From: Octopus vulgaris
Lineage: Eukaryota
Direction of reading: 5' to 3'
Assembly (NCBI GenBank): GCA_951406725.2
Contig: OX597817.1
Coordinates: 147,436,001 to 147,500,000, forward strand
Length of the DNA stretch: 64,000 bases
In this document: one piece after another, positions 26,990 through 41,923 of the stretch
How the letters are laid out: each line of letters opens with the position of its first letter
How positions within the stretch are numbered: the first letter of the stretch is position 1
The notes under the pieces: model-generated
The model's input: the letters and a program-made list of their open reading frames with translations, nothing else
Databases searched by the model: none
What the model was told of the DNA's origin: nothing
Made by a program: the position numbers and the translations under genes

Positions 26990-27175
26990 ATAGATCGTTA
27001 GCCACTAAACCTTTTTTCTATTTTCTGTCCCCGTTTATTTCTGTGTTCCTTTCTGTCGAAGAGCGTAGGCTCGAAACGTAAAACATTTTCTCACTTCCCG
27101 AGGGTTAAATTAAAACAGCTGTTTGCTGTTTACACACCCGTCTTCGTCTTTTGATTTTTGGGTAAATTCTCACTA
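26990..27175 (+). mobile_element. Penelope-like remnant with hammerhead-like core, 3' end in (TA)n
   Basis: CTGTCGAA-GAGC-GTAG-GCTC-GAAACGTA at 27053-27080. It runs into (TA)n at about 27175. Confidence 0.5.
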
Positions 27176-27191
27176 TATATATATATCTATG

Positions 27192-27248
<57 letters not shown>

Positions 27249-27324
27249 TATATATATATATATATATAGACATATATAAATATATATATGTCTATATATA
27301 CATATAGGTATGTATATGTGTGTA

Positions 27325-27357
<33 letters not shown>

Positions 27358-27361
<4 letters not shown>

Positions 27362-27550
27362 TACAAAAAATGTAAAAAATACACGACAAGAAGAAAAAAA
27401 CAACGCAAGGACGTGGTACATGCAAACAATTAACAGACACTCAGGGAAGGGAAAAAAGGTGGTTTTACGTTTCGAACAAAGCTCTTGTTCAGAAACAGGA
27501 GACAGACGAAAGTTCAATAGAAAACGAAGACGGAGGAAAAAATCGCTACA
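27358..27550 (-). mobile_element. Penelope-like remnant with hammerhead-like core, 3' end in (TA)n
   Basis: The minus strand reads CTGAACAA-GAGC-TTT-GTTC-GAAACGTA. Homologous to the 14023 and 38284 copies. Confidence 0.5.
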
Positions 27551-27574
27551 ATCGACCCTGTGTATATATAATGA

Positions 27575-27633
<59 letters not shown>

Positions 27634-27753
27634 GTATATGGTACTTAACTTAGATGCACCAGAATTTTATGGTATTACCCATAAAATTATGTGGGGTGAT
27701 TAAAACCAAAAGATAAGCAAAAGGAATTGATCCATTCTTGTTGCTTATTTTTT

Positions 27754-28281
<528 letters not shown>

Positions 28282-28289
28282 ATATATAT

Positions 28290-30071
28290 ATATTATTTTA
28301 TTTTATTTATTTTATTTAGTTTCAGCTCACAAGCTGCAGCCATACTGGGGCACCGCCATTTGGTGTTGCTACATGATTTTACTTCACGAATGCTTTTTAG
28401 CAAATGCCATGAGAGAGTTCGATGCAGCTGCCCTCATCTGCACCTCCTGCCGTGAAGTTAGTTCATCTGGGACACTTAACAAGAAGAGATCCAGTTTCAT
28501 TTTAAAGACATCTGCATCCACCCTATGCAGGTCTCTTAGGTTCTTCGGGAGGATATTGAAGAGCTGTGGGCCTCGGAAGCCCAGGCTATCACAGTATCTT
28601 GTCCTACATCTTGATGGCAAATTTGGAGTCCTTGGCACTATGCAGTGGCGCCCAGTTCTGGCATTTGTGTAACTCTCGATGCCAAAGTTTGGGACAAGTC
28701 CTTCTAGGATCTTCCAGATGTATATTATGGCATATCTTTCACGCCTACGCTCTAAGGAATAGAGTCTCAATCTCTTGAGTCTTTCCCAATAGCTTATATG
28801 CTGGACAGAAGCTATCTTCTTCGAGTAGCTTCGTTGGATCGCCTCAAGTTCTGTGATTAACTTGACACTGAAAGGTGACCATAGCTGAGAGCAATAGTCA
28901 AAGTGGCTTAGGACAAGTGTCCTCCAGAGGACCATCATGGTTTCCTGGTCTCTTGTTCTAAAGGTTCTGAGGATCCATCCGATCAGCCGTCTACATTTCA
29001 TTGCCTATTTAGCAACATGCACATGAAAGGTTGCATCATCACTCATGTAAATACCTAGGTCTCGCACTGATTGTGCCTCTGGGATTGCAATCCCTCCAGG
29101 TCCAGTGTATTCATTGGGTATTGCATTTAGTTTTGCATGCTGATAGTATAAAGCTTGAAACTTTTCAGCATTGAACTGCATGCTATTCTTTTCAGCTCAC
29201 TTGTATATTTTGTCCAGCTCACATTGCAAGTGCTTAGTGTCTTCAGAGTTCTGTATGGCCTGTGAAACTTTTGTATCATTTGCATAACTTGTGATCGTGG
29301 CTCTCTGCGTGGCTGAGGGCATGTCTGAGAGGTCCATTATGAACAGTAGTGGTCCCAGAACAGTGCCTTGCGGAACACCGCTCACTATTTGCGTGTTAAT
29401 GGAAGTGGCCCCATTGGCTACTACCACCTGACTTCTATCCTTCAGAAAGTCATGAAGCTATTCTCCCAATTTTCCAACTATGCCAAGATCACGCAGTTTG
29501 TGACATATCATTCCATGATCGACTTTATCAAAGGCCTTTGCAAAGTCGAGATATATGACTTCCACATTTGAATGGTTGAGCAGTCGTTTCAGCACCCAGT
29601 CATAGTGTTGTAAGAGCTGAGTTAAGCAGCTTCTTCCTGGTCGGAAACCATATTGGGTGTCAGGCAACAAGTCATTTTCTTCAAGGAAGGTGATAGTTTC
29701 CTTTTGACTATTCGTTCCATGACCTTGCTGATGTGTGAGGTCAGAGAGATAGGTCTGTAGTTCTTGGCCTCCGCTCTGCTACCTCTTTTATGAATAGGGC
29801 ATATTTTACCTTCCTTCAGTTTTCTTGGAAGTTTGCCAGTTGCAAGGAAGCTCTGAAAGAGGAACTGCAGTGGTCTTGCTAGGACTCTCTTACATACTTT
29901 TAGAAGGATTGCTGGGAATCCAACGGGGCCAGTAGCTGAGTTTGCTTTCATTTCATCAATAGCCTTTATTACATCATCTTCCTTTATATTGATGTAATCA
30001 ATCATCGCTGCCTCTGATTTTATATCTGCATTGGTAAAGAAATCAGTTGGATTGGTAAAGACGTCAGTTGG
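28290..30071 (-). mobile_element. 5'-truncated CR1-like LINE (RT domain and C-terminus), inactivated
   Basis: NYRPISLTSHISKVME, QYGFRPGRSC, YLDFAKAFDKV, SGVPQGTVLGPLLF, YANDTK (YADD), DYCSQLWSP, LYSLERRR. Short 3' UTR with an (AAAT/AAAAT)n tail. Confidence 0.92.
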
Positions 30072-30819
30072 ATATATATATACGTATAAACATATTTATA
30101 TTTACATACATATGCATATGCACCGCACCTGAAGCATGTAAAAGATTAAAAGAATAAAAGAATATATATATATATATATATATATAGCTATCTAGCCGAA
30201 ATCAATAGAAATTCCTGAAGAGAGACATCTCTGGATAGACCTCATCAAAGCCGCGTTTTTAACTAAAATACAGTCAACGGTAGACCGCAAATGTGATAAA
30301 AGTTACAGTAATATCAGCGCCAAAGTGTTTCAGCTAGAAATGGTCCAGGCCACGACTAACTCCAATAACATCTGGTGGAAAAACATTGCAGTGAAGCATT
30401 ATCATTTGTAGAGATATATCTGAATGTTAGTAGTTTATCTGGAATTTGCCACATATATTCATTCAGGAAAGATTTGATTGTTAAGTGATCTTAATTTTAT
30501 TTTGTGCCATGTCATTATACTGAAGAGGGCAATTGCAGCTAAGTTAAAATAGTTCTATGTTAATATTTGAGTTGACGCATCATTTTTGGTAAGGATGGAC
30601 GGCACAAGGTCCAAGGGGATTTTAAAGTTGATGTCAATTTACGGGAAATGCTGTTGGATATTTTGAACATCTTACAAATGATACAGCTCTCAAGGCGGCG
30701 ATAGAGAGAATTAAGTTTGCATTTCTGAAGACGATCCCAAGAGCAAGTCCTGACATATAGTCTGTTTTGTTTCTCTGGTTGATCTCTAGGGGTCTTCAAA
30801 TTTTATAATATTTTGCTCC

Positions 30820-31160
30820 GTGCAGGGAGACCACAGTGGACAACAGTACCGAAGGTGAGGACGGGAGAAAGTAGAAAATAGAATAATGCAACGAGCGTCT
30901 CTAGACCGGAATGTCCTGAGGATCTAGGAGCATGTCATGCGGGCCATGTCAACGTTTTCTGTGGACAATCCAGCCAACGTTGTTGTCGACAACTACTCAT
31001 AGATCCCTAACGGTGTTTGATGCCACGAGGCTTTCGCCCATGAGCAGTCTGTATGGTAACTTAAGTGCAACCTCTCTTCCAAAGTGAATTAATTCAAATT
31101 TATTTTCATTTAACTGCTTAATATGTTTTTCTGCCGCTGGATAACAGCGAGCAAATCTGA
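30820..31160 (-). mobile_element. Decayed CR1-like LINE fragment
   Basis: QLNENKFELIHFG..VRDL*VVVD..ILRTFRSRD..YCCPLWSP, homologous to the post-RT region of the 28290-30071 element. Confidence 0.65.
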
Positions 31161-31477
31161 TCGAAGATTTGCCCAGTCGTAACATGATGCAATAAAGTAC
31201 TTCCCTAATAAGCTGTTGTGATTAAGTATACAATTATATTTGGATCATCCAAAGGAGAGGTTCCAAACAACCACAATAGTGAAACGTACGTAGAGCAAAT
31301 TATATAAAGTTGTGCTTACCTTCAGTTCTCCTATATATATATATATATATATATATATGAATGCACACACACACGCACATATACATCCTTCTTTCAAGAT
31401 TGCCCTTCCTTTTTACATCTTTTACATGTAATATAATATTTCCTACAGATTTGACGAACGTTTCAGGTAGTTGGACA

Positions 31478-31542
<65 letters not shown>

Positions 31543-33295
31543 ATTATTCGTCTGTTACTATTGAATATTGTCTCCACCGACACAAAAATGTATCTGTAAT
31601 ATATAGGATATCACACATTTTCAGTTGAAAGTTCAATAGCTTGTTTATTCTGAAACTTCCTTTATTTCACTATATTATGAAACCTATTTGATGTACCTTT
31701 TGTGGACGGAAATTTGTAGTTACCGGATGAAAGAAAATAATCACTATTGTTCTATAAATTCGCTAGAAAGATATACAACAACACAAAAAAATTCAATTTA
31801 CACCTAAACACACTTATTTGATGTTTGCCGACTAATATGTTTTGATGTATCTGTGATACGAGTAGCTTTACATTGATTTGAAAAACTATGAAATTATGTC
31901 ACTATACAAACATGATGGAATATAGAATCTTAAACGTAAATAAAGGCACTTAACGTGAAGATTACATCACATTAATTTTATCTCATTCAGAACATTTTCT
32001 TAGATACACGAGTCACATAGGATCCCACAGAGTAGCCATGTTAACAATACGAAAAATACGGTAAAATTGAGAAACTACAGAAACTGGTCGTCTATATCGG
32101 CAGAAGGTAATCTCAAAAATGACGTAGGGGAAAATTTGTTAATGTAATTTGATATGTTGTGAGGAGTAGAAATTTCAGCGTTTCGGATATTTGGCCTTCT
32201 TCGCAGAGAGAGTGAGGATAGAACAGACTAATAGAATAAAAGAATGCACACGAGAAAGTGATACGATGGAATGGTATAGGTTGGTAGGTGTTAAGTAAAA
32301 GTGGGAAAGAAGGATGTTTTGGCTGTATTGTATGTGCTGGGTGGTAGACGACGACTCTGGGCGGATTTAACGTAAAGTGAAGGACTTGTTAAATATGTTT
32401 ACATGGAGAGAAGACAGTTAAACGGGAAGATGATGTTGTGGCCCAGGTCTGTTGAATAAGACTCAAAGGGAGGGGGGACAAACAAGTGGACAAAGAAGAA
32501 AACAGACTTACACTGAAAGTGGAAACAAAGATGAGAGAGAGACAACACAAAGAAAGAAGCAAAAAACTTCGAGGAGCTGTAAGCTCATAAATATACTTTC
32601 ACTTTTTGGCAAAGGCACGCAGTCGAGCGCTCAACGCATGCGCACACACACACACACATCTCTCTCAAAACGGAGTGTGGATTAGAATAGCATAATTTTT
32701 CTAGTTATTTTTCTCTCGTTTTATGTGCTCTCTTGTTTTTGAGTGAGTGAGTGTTTGTTTCATTCATGGATTTTCTCCGTTACCTGGATAATCGAAATTG
32801 CTATGTTCTCGCGATGCCAACAGCAGAAAAGAGGTTTGAGAACTCCGGAAACCAGGAATGGTCTGAAATATATTTTAAGCAAAAGATAGGTTTATGAGTA
32901 TATTAGTGGAAGCGTTTTATTGCCACCCAGGATATTATCTTCGCTAAAATCGATGTATGCACACACATGCACACACGCACAGCGACACAAACAGGCACAC
33001 ATGCAAACATACACACACGCTCATAGGCGGAGAATTTTATTATAATATGGATGTAAAATATACCGTTTTGATATAGGTATGAGTGGAGATCCATTCGCTA
33101 TACAGAAATCAACTGAAGTAAGAGCGCAGCTTTTATTTCTCTGTGCTCAGAAACATTAAGAAGGATCTAAGTTTCTAGTATTAAAATTCTTAGAACTCTT
33201 TCAGTGAAAGAATTCTCAGAATGAATCTATGAGTTGGCCTGTGACTTACCGTTGTTGAGTAGCATAATCGTACAGCTATTCTACCCAAGTATATA

Positions 33296-33730
33296 AGGTG
33301 GTGAGCTGGCAGAAACGTTAGCACGCCGGGCGAAATGCTTAGCGGTATTTCGTCTGCCGTTACGTTCTGAGTTCAAATTCCGCCGCCGAGGTCGACTTTG
33401 TCTTTCATCCTTTCGAGGTCGATAAAGTAAGTACCAGTTATGCACTAGGGTCGTTGTAATCAACTTAATACCTTTGTCTGTCCTTGTTTGTCCCCTCTGT
33501 GCTTAGCCCCTTTAGGACAGTAGAGAAATAAGAATAGTAGGCACTTCAATCAAAATACTTAGCGGTATTTCGTCCGTCTTTGCGTACTGAGTTTAAATAT
33601 ACTGAGTTCAACTATGTCTTTTATCCTTTCGGGGTCGATAAATTAAGAACCAGTGAAACCGTGGGATCGAGATAATCGATTACCCTCCTCCACCCAATTT
33701 TCAAGCCTTGTGCCTCTAGCAGTAAAGATT
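33296..33730 (+). mobile_element. SINE family B, dimeric (Tx1-like tail, then a second headless monomer with alternative tail)
   Basis: Two Nin-like cores (about 33390 and 33610). The second ends GCCTTGTGCCTCTAGCAGTAAAG. Confidence 0.82.
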
Positions 33731-34197
33731 GCACTCACGTATAACATTTTAAATACAAATTTGTTGATAATTTTGTTGTATCTCGCACTCGTACCATTAA
33801 ACATCTGTAGTCTTTTTTTTTAAAAACCAGTTGACTAAACATTTAACCATTTAACTAATGGATTGTTTGATAAATCAATCACTTCAATTTGTCAAAGTCC
33901 TTTCGCCGCCATTCATGACCTCATCAATGAGACAGCCTCTCTACTCACGTAGACAGCCTCTCTACTTCACGTATTTGCTAATACACCGAGGATGACAAAA
34001 TAAACAACTATGAAGCATTAAAGATTATGATTTATTCGACGGCTTCCTCTCGCCACTTGTTGCTTTTGTAGCAATGTTGAAAATCTGTACTTTCTCTAAT
34101 AATATAGTAGAAATACGAAATGATAGATGTAGTAATTCGATTGAAATATATGGAAGCGAGCACACAAAGAATGTTTGTGTTATATATCAAGGAAAGC

Positions 34198-34199
<2 letters not shown>

Positions 34200-34255
<56 letters not shown>

Positions 34256-34455
34256 TATATATAAGGTGATATATATATATACATATATATATATACATAT
34301 ATATATATAACGTGATATATATATATATATATATATATGCACATATATATAAAGTGATATATATATATATAAATATAAAGATATACAAATATATATATAT
34401 ATATATACACACACACATATATAAAGTGATATATATATATATAAATATAAAGATA

Positions 34456-34525
<70 letters not shown>
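34200..34525. repeat. (TA)n region with higher-order units (..ATAAAGTGATATAT..)
   Basis: GTGATATA anchor recurs at about 34266, 34312, 34354 and 34426. Confidence 0.85.
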
Positions 34526-34527
<2 letters not shown>

Positions 34528-35748
34528 TGTGAATGTGTGTGTGTGTATAAATCCAAATTAATCGAATTATCAAAGATGCTAATGCATCTGCAGGCTCAAA
34601 TGCAGTAGGTTTAATACTACTAGCATGTCAAAGTATGTAGAAAGAGAAAGAGAGATTAAAGTAGTTAAAATGAGTAATGCAGAGAAAGTCAATGTTGCTA
34701 CAAATACCAGATAATATATTGGAATTTGATACAGTTATGTATGCCTTAACTATAAAACATGGTTAATATAACTACAAACGAGACAATGAACCAATATATT
34801 TTCTCTCGGATCTGTGATATGTTATAACGTAACGTTATTTTCTCTTGTCCAACACCACCCCTTAACTCACCGCTCAATAAAACAACTAATCTATATAAAT
34901 CCCTAAACCCCTTTCACATACAAATACTCCATTTATTCTCCATTGTAAAGTATCGTGAGAAAAGCTTTTCTAAGATCGTCCATGTTGTATGGCGCATGTT
35001 ACATTAATATGACGTATTTAAACTCCTTGTCATTATAGGTTATCGGTTATGCAATGTATCATTATAGGCTCTCGGTTGTATAGCGTATCATTATCATAAA
35101 GATTTTCTACATAAACCATATCACAATAACACCGTACTATAGAAAATAATTAACATAACGAAACATACAATTGCATAGTCTTGCTTTATTAAATGCTTCA
35201 CAATGAACCGGTAAATTTTCAGTGAGCCGAAACCGCAACGCCAACGCTCATTTGCTTAGTCACCAACACTGTACAACATGATATGAGTGTCATGGCATTA
35301 TTTTTCTACCATTCAAAAACCTATGACAAAATACTGTATGCATCGTACTTATAACATGCCAATTATATTATGATTTATAACCTTTAACAAACATATCTTT
35401 TCTCTATGTCTTACTATGTTATGATATCAAAAGTATACATAAGCACCTGGAACTTTTTTTATCGTATATCATATAACATACAGACTCACCGTTCGCCAAT
35501 ATATAAATATATTGTAACCCTATATGCTTATATTATGCCACAATGTATTAGCTATATTGGATAATTCTATATTCTATCAAGGCAAATAACACATAATGGC
35601 AAGCAATATTGATGCACTGCATATTATTATAAGAACTAGATTGGGTAAAAACTATACTATTTATAAAACAAACTATGGAGTGTTTTGTCATGGTGAATGC
35701 GATCAACATGTAGACGGGAAGTTATAAATGACGAAACTTTAATTGGTC

Positions 35749-35827
<79 letters not shown>

Positions 35828-36133
35828 TTTGTGTGTGTGTGTGTGTATGTATGTACACATACATACACACACGCACATATATATGTAAATATATGCATAT
35901 ATATGTATATATGTATGAATGTTTTATAAACTCGATGGAAATGGACGGACATTTGAAGGCAATTTTAGAATGAATTGGTAATCTAGTGATAAGAAAGTAA
36001 TTTTAAAACGGAAAATTACTTGCATGGTAAATAGGGGAATATAGAAATAAAGAAATACCCTCCCCAAAAATAATAAAATAATCAGTGATAAGATTAAATA
36101 CATCAAAATATATCACTGAAAACGAAAATCAAA

Positions 36134-36142
36134 ATAATAATA

Positions 36143-36231
<89 letters not shown>
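36134..36231. repeat. (TAA)n microsatellite
   Basis: Direct repeats. Confidence 0.96.
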
Positions 36232-36233
<2 letters not shown>

Positions 36234-36475
36234 GAAAAAACGAACGATTTTACTGATGTAAAATATGGTCGCACAAAATAAACAAATACTGTCGTTGGAA
36301 AGAAAAAAATAAACAAATTTGTGGAATAGCAAAACAGAAGAGGACAGCAGCAAATAGGAAGAACATAAATATATGATGTGAAAAACATGCAAATAAATAT
36401 ATAAACCAATAAATAAATGGCAACTCTATGAAATGAATCAAAGAGTAAAAAGATTAAAGGACCAATACACACACA

Positions 36476-36509
<34 letters not shown>

Positions 36510-36618
36510 TTTCTGTGTGTGTGTGTATATGTGTGTATGGAATATATGTGGTATATATATATATATATCCACAACCACATATATATATATATATATATAT
36601 ACATACACATATATATAT

Positions 36619-36666
<48 letters not shown>

Positions 36667-37413
36667 TAAAGTAAAGTTTATTTGCCAGCATAAAGTGTCA
36701 GTCCTGATTAGGACCGACGCTGCTGTTATTTAGCCCCAGGAAAACATCGTCTCCAGCTGACTATCGATGCATTACACACACATGCACACACAAATGTATG
36801 TGTTTTTCCAATGTTTGCAAATAACACGGAAATTTTTTTTAAATATTTACCAAGGTAGCAAAACCTCACACAAGTACCAAGGATGTAACAACCTACTTAT
36901 AAAGGTAGAAACTGCGGGTTTAGGTGAAAAGTTTTTATTTAATATAGATAAATAAATAAATGGAGTTAAACTCAGGTGTTATTCAAATCTTTTTATTTCC
37001 GATATATGTTTCGAAGAAAACATTGGTATTAATCAAGAATTCACCTATCGCTCTATATCTCTCCACTATAAGTTTTCTGCTAATTTCTTTGTTTTTTTCT
37101 TCCGCTTTCTATAAACTGCTTTCACGTTGTATCTACTAACGGTTTTTCAAAAAAAAAAAACTTGACAGCGTTCCCTTCATCCTAAACGCAGTCATCACAT
37201 TCTTTTAAAACGTCTTCTTGATGTGTTTGGCTTCATTCTTTCCCTGATGAGAAGATTGCATTGTTTTGCGTCATTATATTCCTTCTGGAATAATAACAAT
37301 GTTTTCTTGGAAACATATGTCGGAAGAAAAAAAAATTTGCATAACAATTGCATTAAATCCATTTATTTATTATCTATCTATCTATCTATCGATATATGTA
37401 TACTGTATATATA

Positions 37414-37496
<83 letters not shown>

Positions 37497-37565
37497 TGTA
37501 TTTAATCATATACATACATACATTCATAAATATATATACACACACACACACATATATATATATAC

Positions 37566-37836
37566 ATCACGTGATCACGTGACCGACCGGTCCATCAGAT
37601 GTAGTTACACATCGCTGGTCACAATGCCTTCGCATTGTTTTAGCCTTCGAATGACGCCACCCTGCTGAAGAAAGGGTGGTGAAAGAGTACAGCAGGGATC
37701 ACCACCCCCTGCCGGAGAATCGTGGAGCTTTTAGGTGTTTTGGCTCAACAAACTCTCACAACGCCCGGTCTGGGAATCGAAACCGCGATCATACGACCGC
37801 GAGTCCGCTGCCCTATCCACTGGGCCATTGCACCTC

Positions 37837-37838
<2 letters not shown>
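37566..37838 (-). mobile_element. tRNA-derived SINE with core D and tail T2
   Basis: Minus strand: TGGCCCAGTGGATAGG..GTTTCGATTCCC, core AAAACACCTAAAAGCTCCACG..CCCTGCTGTACTCTTTCACCAC, tail GCGTCATTCGAAGG..CACGTGATCACGTGA. Confidence 0.8.
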
Positions 37839-37876
<38 letters not shown>

Positions 37877-38260
37877 GTGGCGCAATGACCCAGTGGTTAG
37901 GACAGTGGACTTGCGGTAGTAGGATCGCGATTTCGAATCCCAGACCGGGCGTTATGAGTGTTTATTAGGCGAAGACACCTAAAGCTCCACCAGGCTTCGG
38001 CAAAGGCCGCGGTAGCGAACCCTACTGTACTCTTTCACCAAAACCTTCTCTCGCCGTTTCTTCCTGTTTGTTTTCTACCTGTATTTCAAAGGGGACAGCC
38101 TTGTCACACTCAGTGTCACGGTGAATCTCCCCGAGAACTACGTTGTGTACACGTGTCTGTGGAGTGCTCAGCCACTTGCACTTTAATATCACCCTCGAGC
38201 AGGCAGTGCCGTTGATCGGATCAACTGGAAACCTCGTCGTCGTAGCCGACGAAGTGTCAC
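37877..38260 (+). mobile_element. tRNA-derived SINE with core D and tail T1
   Basis: Same head and core as 37566-37838. Tail shared with 22219-22541. Confidence 0.82.
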
Positions 38261-38283
38261 AATATATATATATATATATATAA

Positions 38284-38580
38284 AGTTAATCCAAACAAGA
38301 AAACAAAAAGACAACAACGCGAGGATGTGGAACAAATAAAGTATTATTGGGCGCTCAGGAAAGAAGGGAAGAAGGAGGGTATGACGTTTCGAGCGGAGCT
38401 CTTCGTCGGAAACATAGGAGAAAGAAAGATCCCGAGGTGGGAGGATAGAGGGAAAAAAATGCAAGTGGTCTTCACGAGGTAACATACTGAAAAGTCGGAA
38501 GTGGTAAAAAAGAAGGAGCAAGTTTTCAAAAAGAGGAGAGCGGAATCAAAGAAGGAATGGTAAACAAAGGTGTGCGAGAT
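38284..38580 (-). mobile_element. Penelope-like remnant with hammerhead-like core, 3' end in (TA)n
   Basis: Minus strand CCGACGAA-GAGC-TCC-GCTC-GAAACGTC at 38383-38409. Confidence 0.55.
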
Positions 38581-39259
38581 GACAAGGGTGTGTGTGTGTG
38601 AGTCTGTGCGTATGTGTGTATGTGTGTATGTGTGTATATGGTGGGCAAAGGCTAGTGGCAAGCAGCAGTTAGCGTGTCAGGAAGGCAGGTCAGAAAGACG
38701 GAGGAATGTGTGTGTGCGTGTATATGTCTCGTGTGTGTGTTTTGTTGTAGTATGTGTGTGTACGTGTGCGTTTTTATGTGTGTATGGCGAGTAATTGTGC
38801 TTAACTAAGTGTATGTGTGGGTGTGTGTGTGTGCTTGTATGTGCGTATATGTATAATTGTGTGCATGTATGTATGTGTGCGTGCGCGTGGAGGTATATGT
38901 TGTGTGCATGTATATGTGTCAGTGTGTATGTGAATTCGTGTGTGTTTGTACGTGTGTAAGTGTGTGTGCGTGTATTGTATATATATATGTAAATGTGTGT
39001 GTGTAAGTGCGTGGGAGTGAATGTGTGTATGTATGTGCGTGTGTGTACAAAATGTAGGGGTATTATATGTGTGTTTATATGTTTATATGTGTGTATATAT
39101 ATGCATGCAAGGATACACTTCGCAACTGAAAGAATGGTGGAAAATACTCTTGCGGTGACAGGCGCATGAGAAACCCCAGGCACAACGCGCCGGCCATATA
39201 TATACACATATATATACACGTATATATATATGTATATATATACACACATATATAAACAC

Positions 39260-39295
<36 letters not shown>

Positions 39296-39659
39296 ATTGT
39301 ATGAGCTATATAATGACATGATGACAATTTCGGGAAATTACTAGACTTGTTAAATACTAGACAAGTTTTGTAATCGGGCTAGAAACGAAGTTACAGCCCC
39401 GTGTTTCAGTTTAGAGACTGGCATCTTCACTTTACATTCAACATAAATATTTTGGAGAGATGCATGGAATTTTATGTTCCTACACCTGTTTCTACTATTT
39501 CTAACCCTTCATTAAAAGCATTAGGGAAGATGGTTTGATACGTTAATCAATCGTGTTATTGCTTGAAATTAATTAACACTATTTGTTCGCTAAAGATTTA
39601 CAAACATTTCATATTTAAAGTTTCAAAATGGTCGTTTCGGAAATTTACCAGGTGACCTC

Positions 39660-39765
39660 TACCTACCTAGCAACCTAGCGAGCTACCTACCTACCTACCT
39701 ACCTACCTACCTACTATGTTATCTATCTATGTATCTATCTATTTAACTACCTATCTATCTATCTA

Positions 39766-39822
<57 letters not shown>

Positions 39823-39893
39823 GTCTATATATATATATATATATATCTATGTACCTATGTATCTATCCATTAATTTATCTATCTATTTGTCTG

Positions 39894-39970
<77 letters not shown>
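39660..39970. repeat. (ACCT)n/(ATCT)n microsatellite
   Basis: Direct repeats. Confidence 0.92.
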
Positions 39971-39971
<1 letters not shown>

Positions 39972-40789
39972 AGACTACAGTTTGTCTTCTTTGAGAGGAA
40001 TTAACATCAGTTTTTCTTTTTCTTTGAAAGGAATTAACATCTCATATAAATCCTTAACCACAAAAACAAAAATGAGGTAAAAAAAGCCATCCACTACTGT
40101 TAGGTATTTCTTATACTTATGTAATTATTCTCATTTTATATCTTACTTTGCCAGAAATAGCTCAACTGAATATTTATGTGTTGGAATATAAAGGAAACTC
40201 TACAAACAAGTGCTGTTAACTGTCTTAACTTACCATTTCTTGGAATAAAGAACGTTTAACTTTGTTGAAACTCAGCGGAGTGTCTGTTTATCGGCTGAAT
40301 TTTTATTTATTTATTTACACATATAAAAGCCATATACATATATAAGTTTAGCTTTAAATAAGCTCTTGGTGGACATAGATTTAAAAAACATTAGAAAACT
40401 GTATAATATAAGTATTTGAAGTTAATAGCTTCCTGTAATTTAATTCACTGCGTTGCAAATTCTAACAGGTTTTAAAAGGAGAAGCACGTATTCTTAACAT
40501 CGGTTCCTCTTAAGTAACTTTACGATTATTTCACTCAGAAACAGGAACGTCAATACAAACAAAATCAACAATAAGAATGTTATTATCTACGTCAGGTTTC
40601 AGACAGAAGAATAGACCACCTACATACAGGAAAATTTCAACCAGTCATGTTGATTATAAAGCAATATTAGAATATTTTCATGTGTCCAACATATCTGGTC
40701 AGAATATCGGAATAAGAGGTTGTCATGAAGTGAAAGCTGAATGTGAATTGAATCGGAGCAATTTTGAATCCCGTTACTGGACACAACAC

Positions 40790-41140
40790 AAGTCGTTCGT
40801 CTTTACGTCATGTGTTCAAATGCCACCGAGATCGATGCTGCCATTTATCCTTTCGGGGACGATAATCTAAGTACCAGGTAAACACTGGGTACATACCCAT
40901 CACCCTAAACTTGCTGACCAAATCTGAAACCATTATGATCTCTCATCTGAAAGCGGCGAGCTGCTACGGCAGATAAATTGCTAAACAGCTTTTCTTCTCC
41001 CTTCTGAGTTGAAATTCCTCCGAGGTTAAACCCGTCTTTAAATTTAGGGTTGATAAATTAAAATACCAGTCACATCCTGGCCTCGATATAATCGACATTC
41101 AATCTCTAAAATTGCTGGCCTTGTAACAAAATTTGAAAAC
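40790..41140 (+). mobile_element. Two decayed SINE family B copies
   Basis: GTTCAAATGCCACCGAG..TCCTTTCGGGG at about 40815 and AAGCGGCGAGCTG..GAGTTGAAATTCC..GGCCTTGT at about 40952. Confidence 0.6.
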
Positions 41141-41527
41141 ATGATTATTTTCCTAGCAAGAGGAAGAGTGAATTTCTGATTTGTCGTTGAACTTTTACCT
41201 CTGTTATATTTACATACACACATCGAATATCTATTGAATTAACTTTGCTGTTCATTTCTGCGGAAATATTCAAACGCACATCTGCAATGTTCTGGGTTCG
41301 ACCTCATCGAATATAATTCTACCTGACAGATATTGGTTGAGTGGCTATACTTCTGTCTTAACTTAAGTAAAGCGATTCCTTCATGTTCAAATCCTCATTT
41401 TGAACAGGACCAGTATCAGGTCAGTAAACATCCCTGCATATTAGTGTTATTATTCAAATTATGAACAGATAAAGACACACGCTATCTTGAATTAGATTTT
41501 GCCATTCATATAACTTATATATTGTTT

Positions 41528-41735
41528 TCAAATTCTGGCACAAGACCAGAAATTTCGTAGGAGGAGGTATGTCGATGGCATCTACCCCGGAGCTGAACTG
41601 GTACATATTTGATCGAACCCGAAAGAATGAATGGCAAATTCGACCTCGGCGAAAATTGAACTCAGCACGTAAGGCCAGACAAAATGCTGTTAAACATTTT
41701 GCTCGGCATGCTAACGATTCTGCCAGCTCATCACC
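41528..41735 (-). mobile_element. Decayed SINE family B
   Basis: Reverse complement of the head (GCTAACGATTCTGCCAGCTCA) and core. Confidence 0.65.
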
Positions 41736-41923
41736 ATCGATCCCTTACATATTAAATTTAATTTGCCACCGATGTGAACAACCCCAGCCTAAAACGTGGT
41801 TGCTTTTTGGTGTCCGATTTGTTGCATACATTCAGGCTACCTTTCTTACCTTATGATAACGGTGCCACCTTCTTCCACCTGGCTGTGTGGCACTTGAAAT
41901 GATCACAGCCGCTGTTCTATCTA

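Noticed and set aside
34200-34525. Regularly spaced repeats resembling a CRISPR array (also 11519-11592)
   Set aside because: No unique spacers, no cas genes, eukaryotic context.
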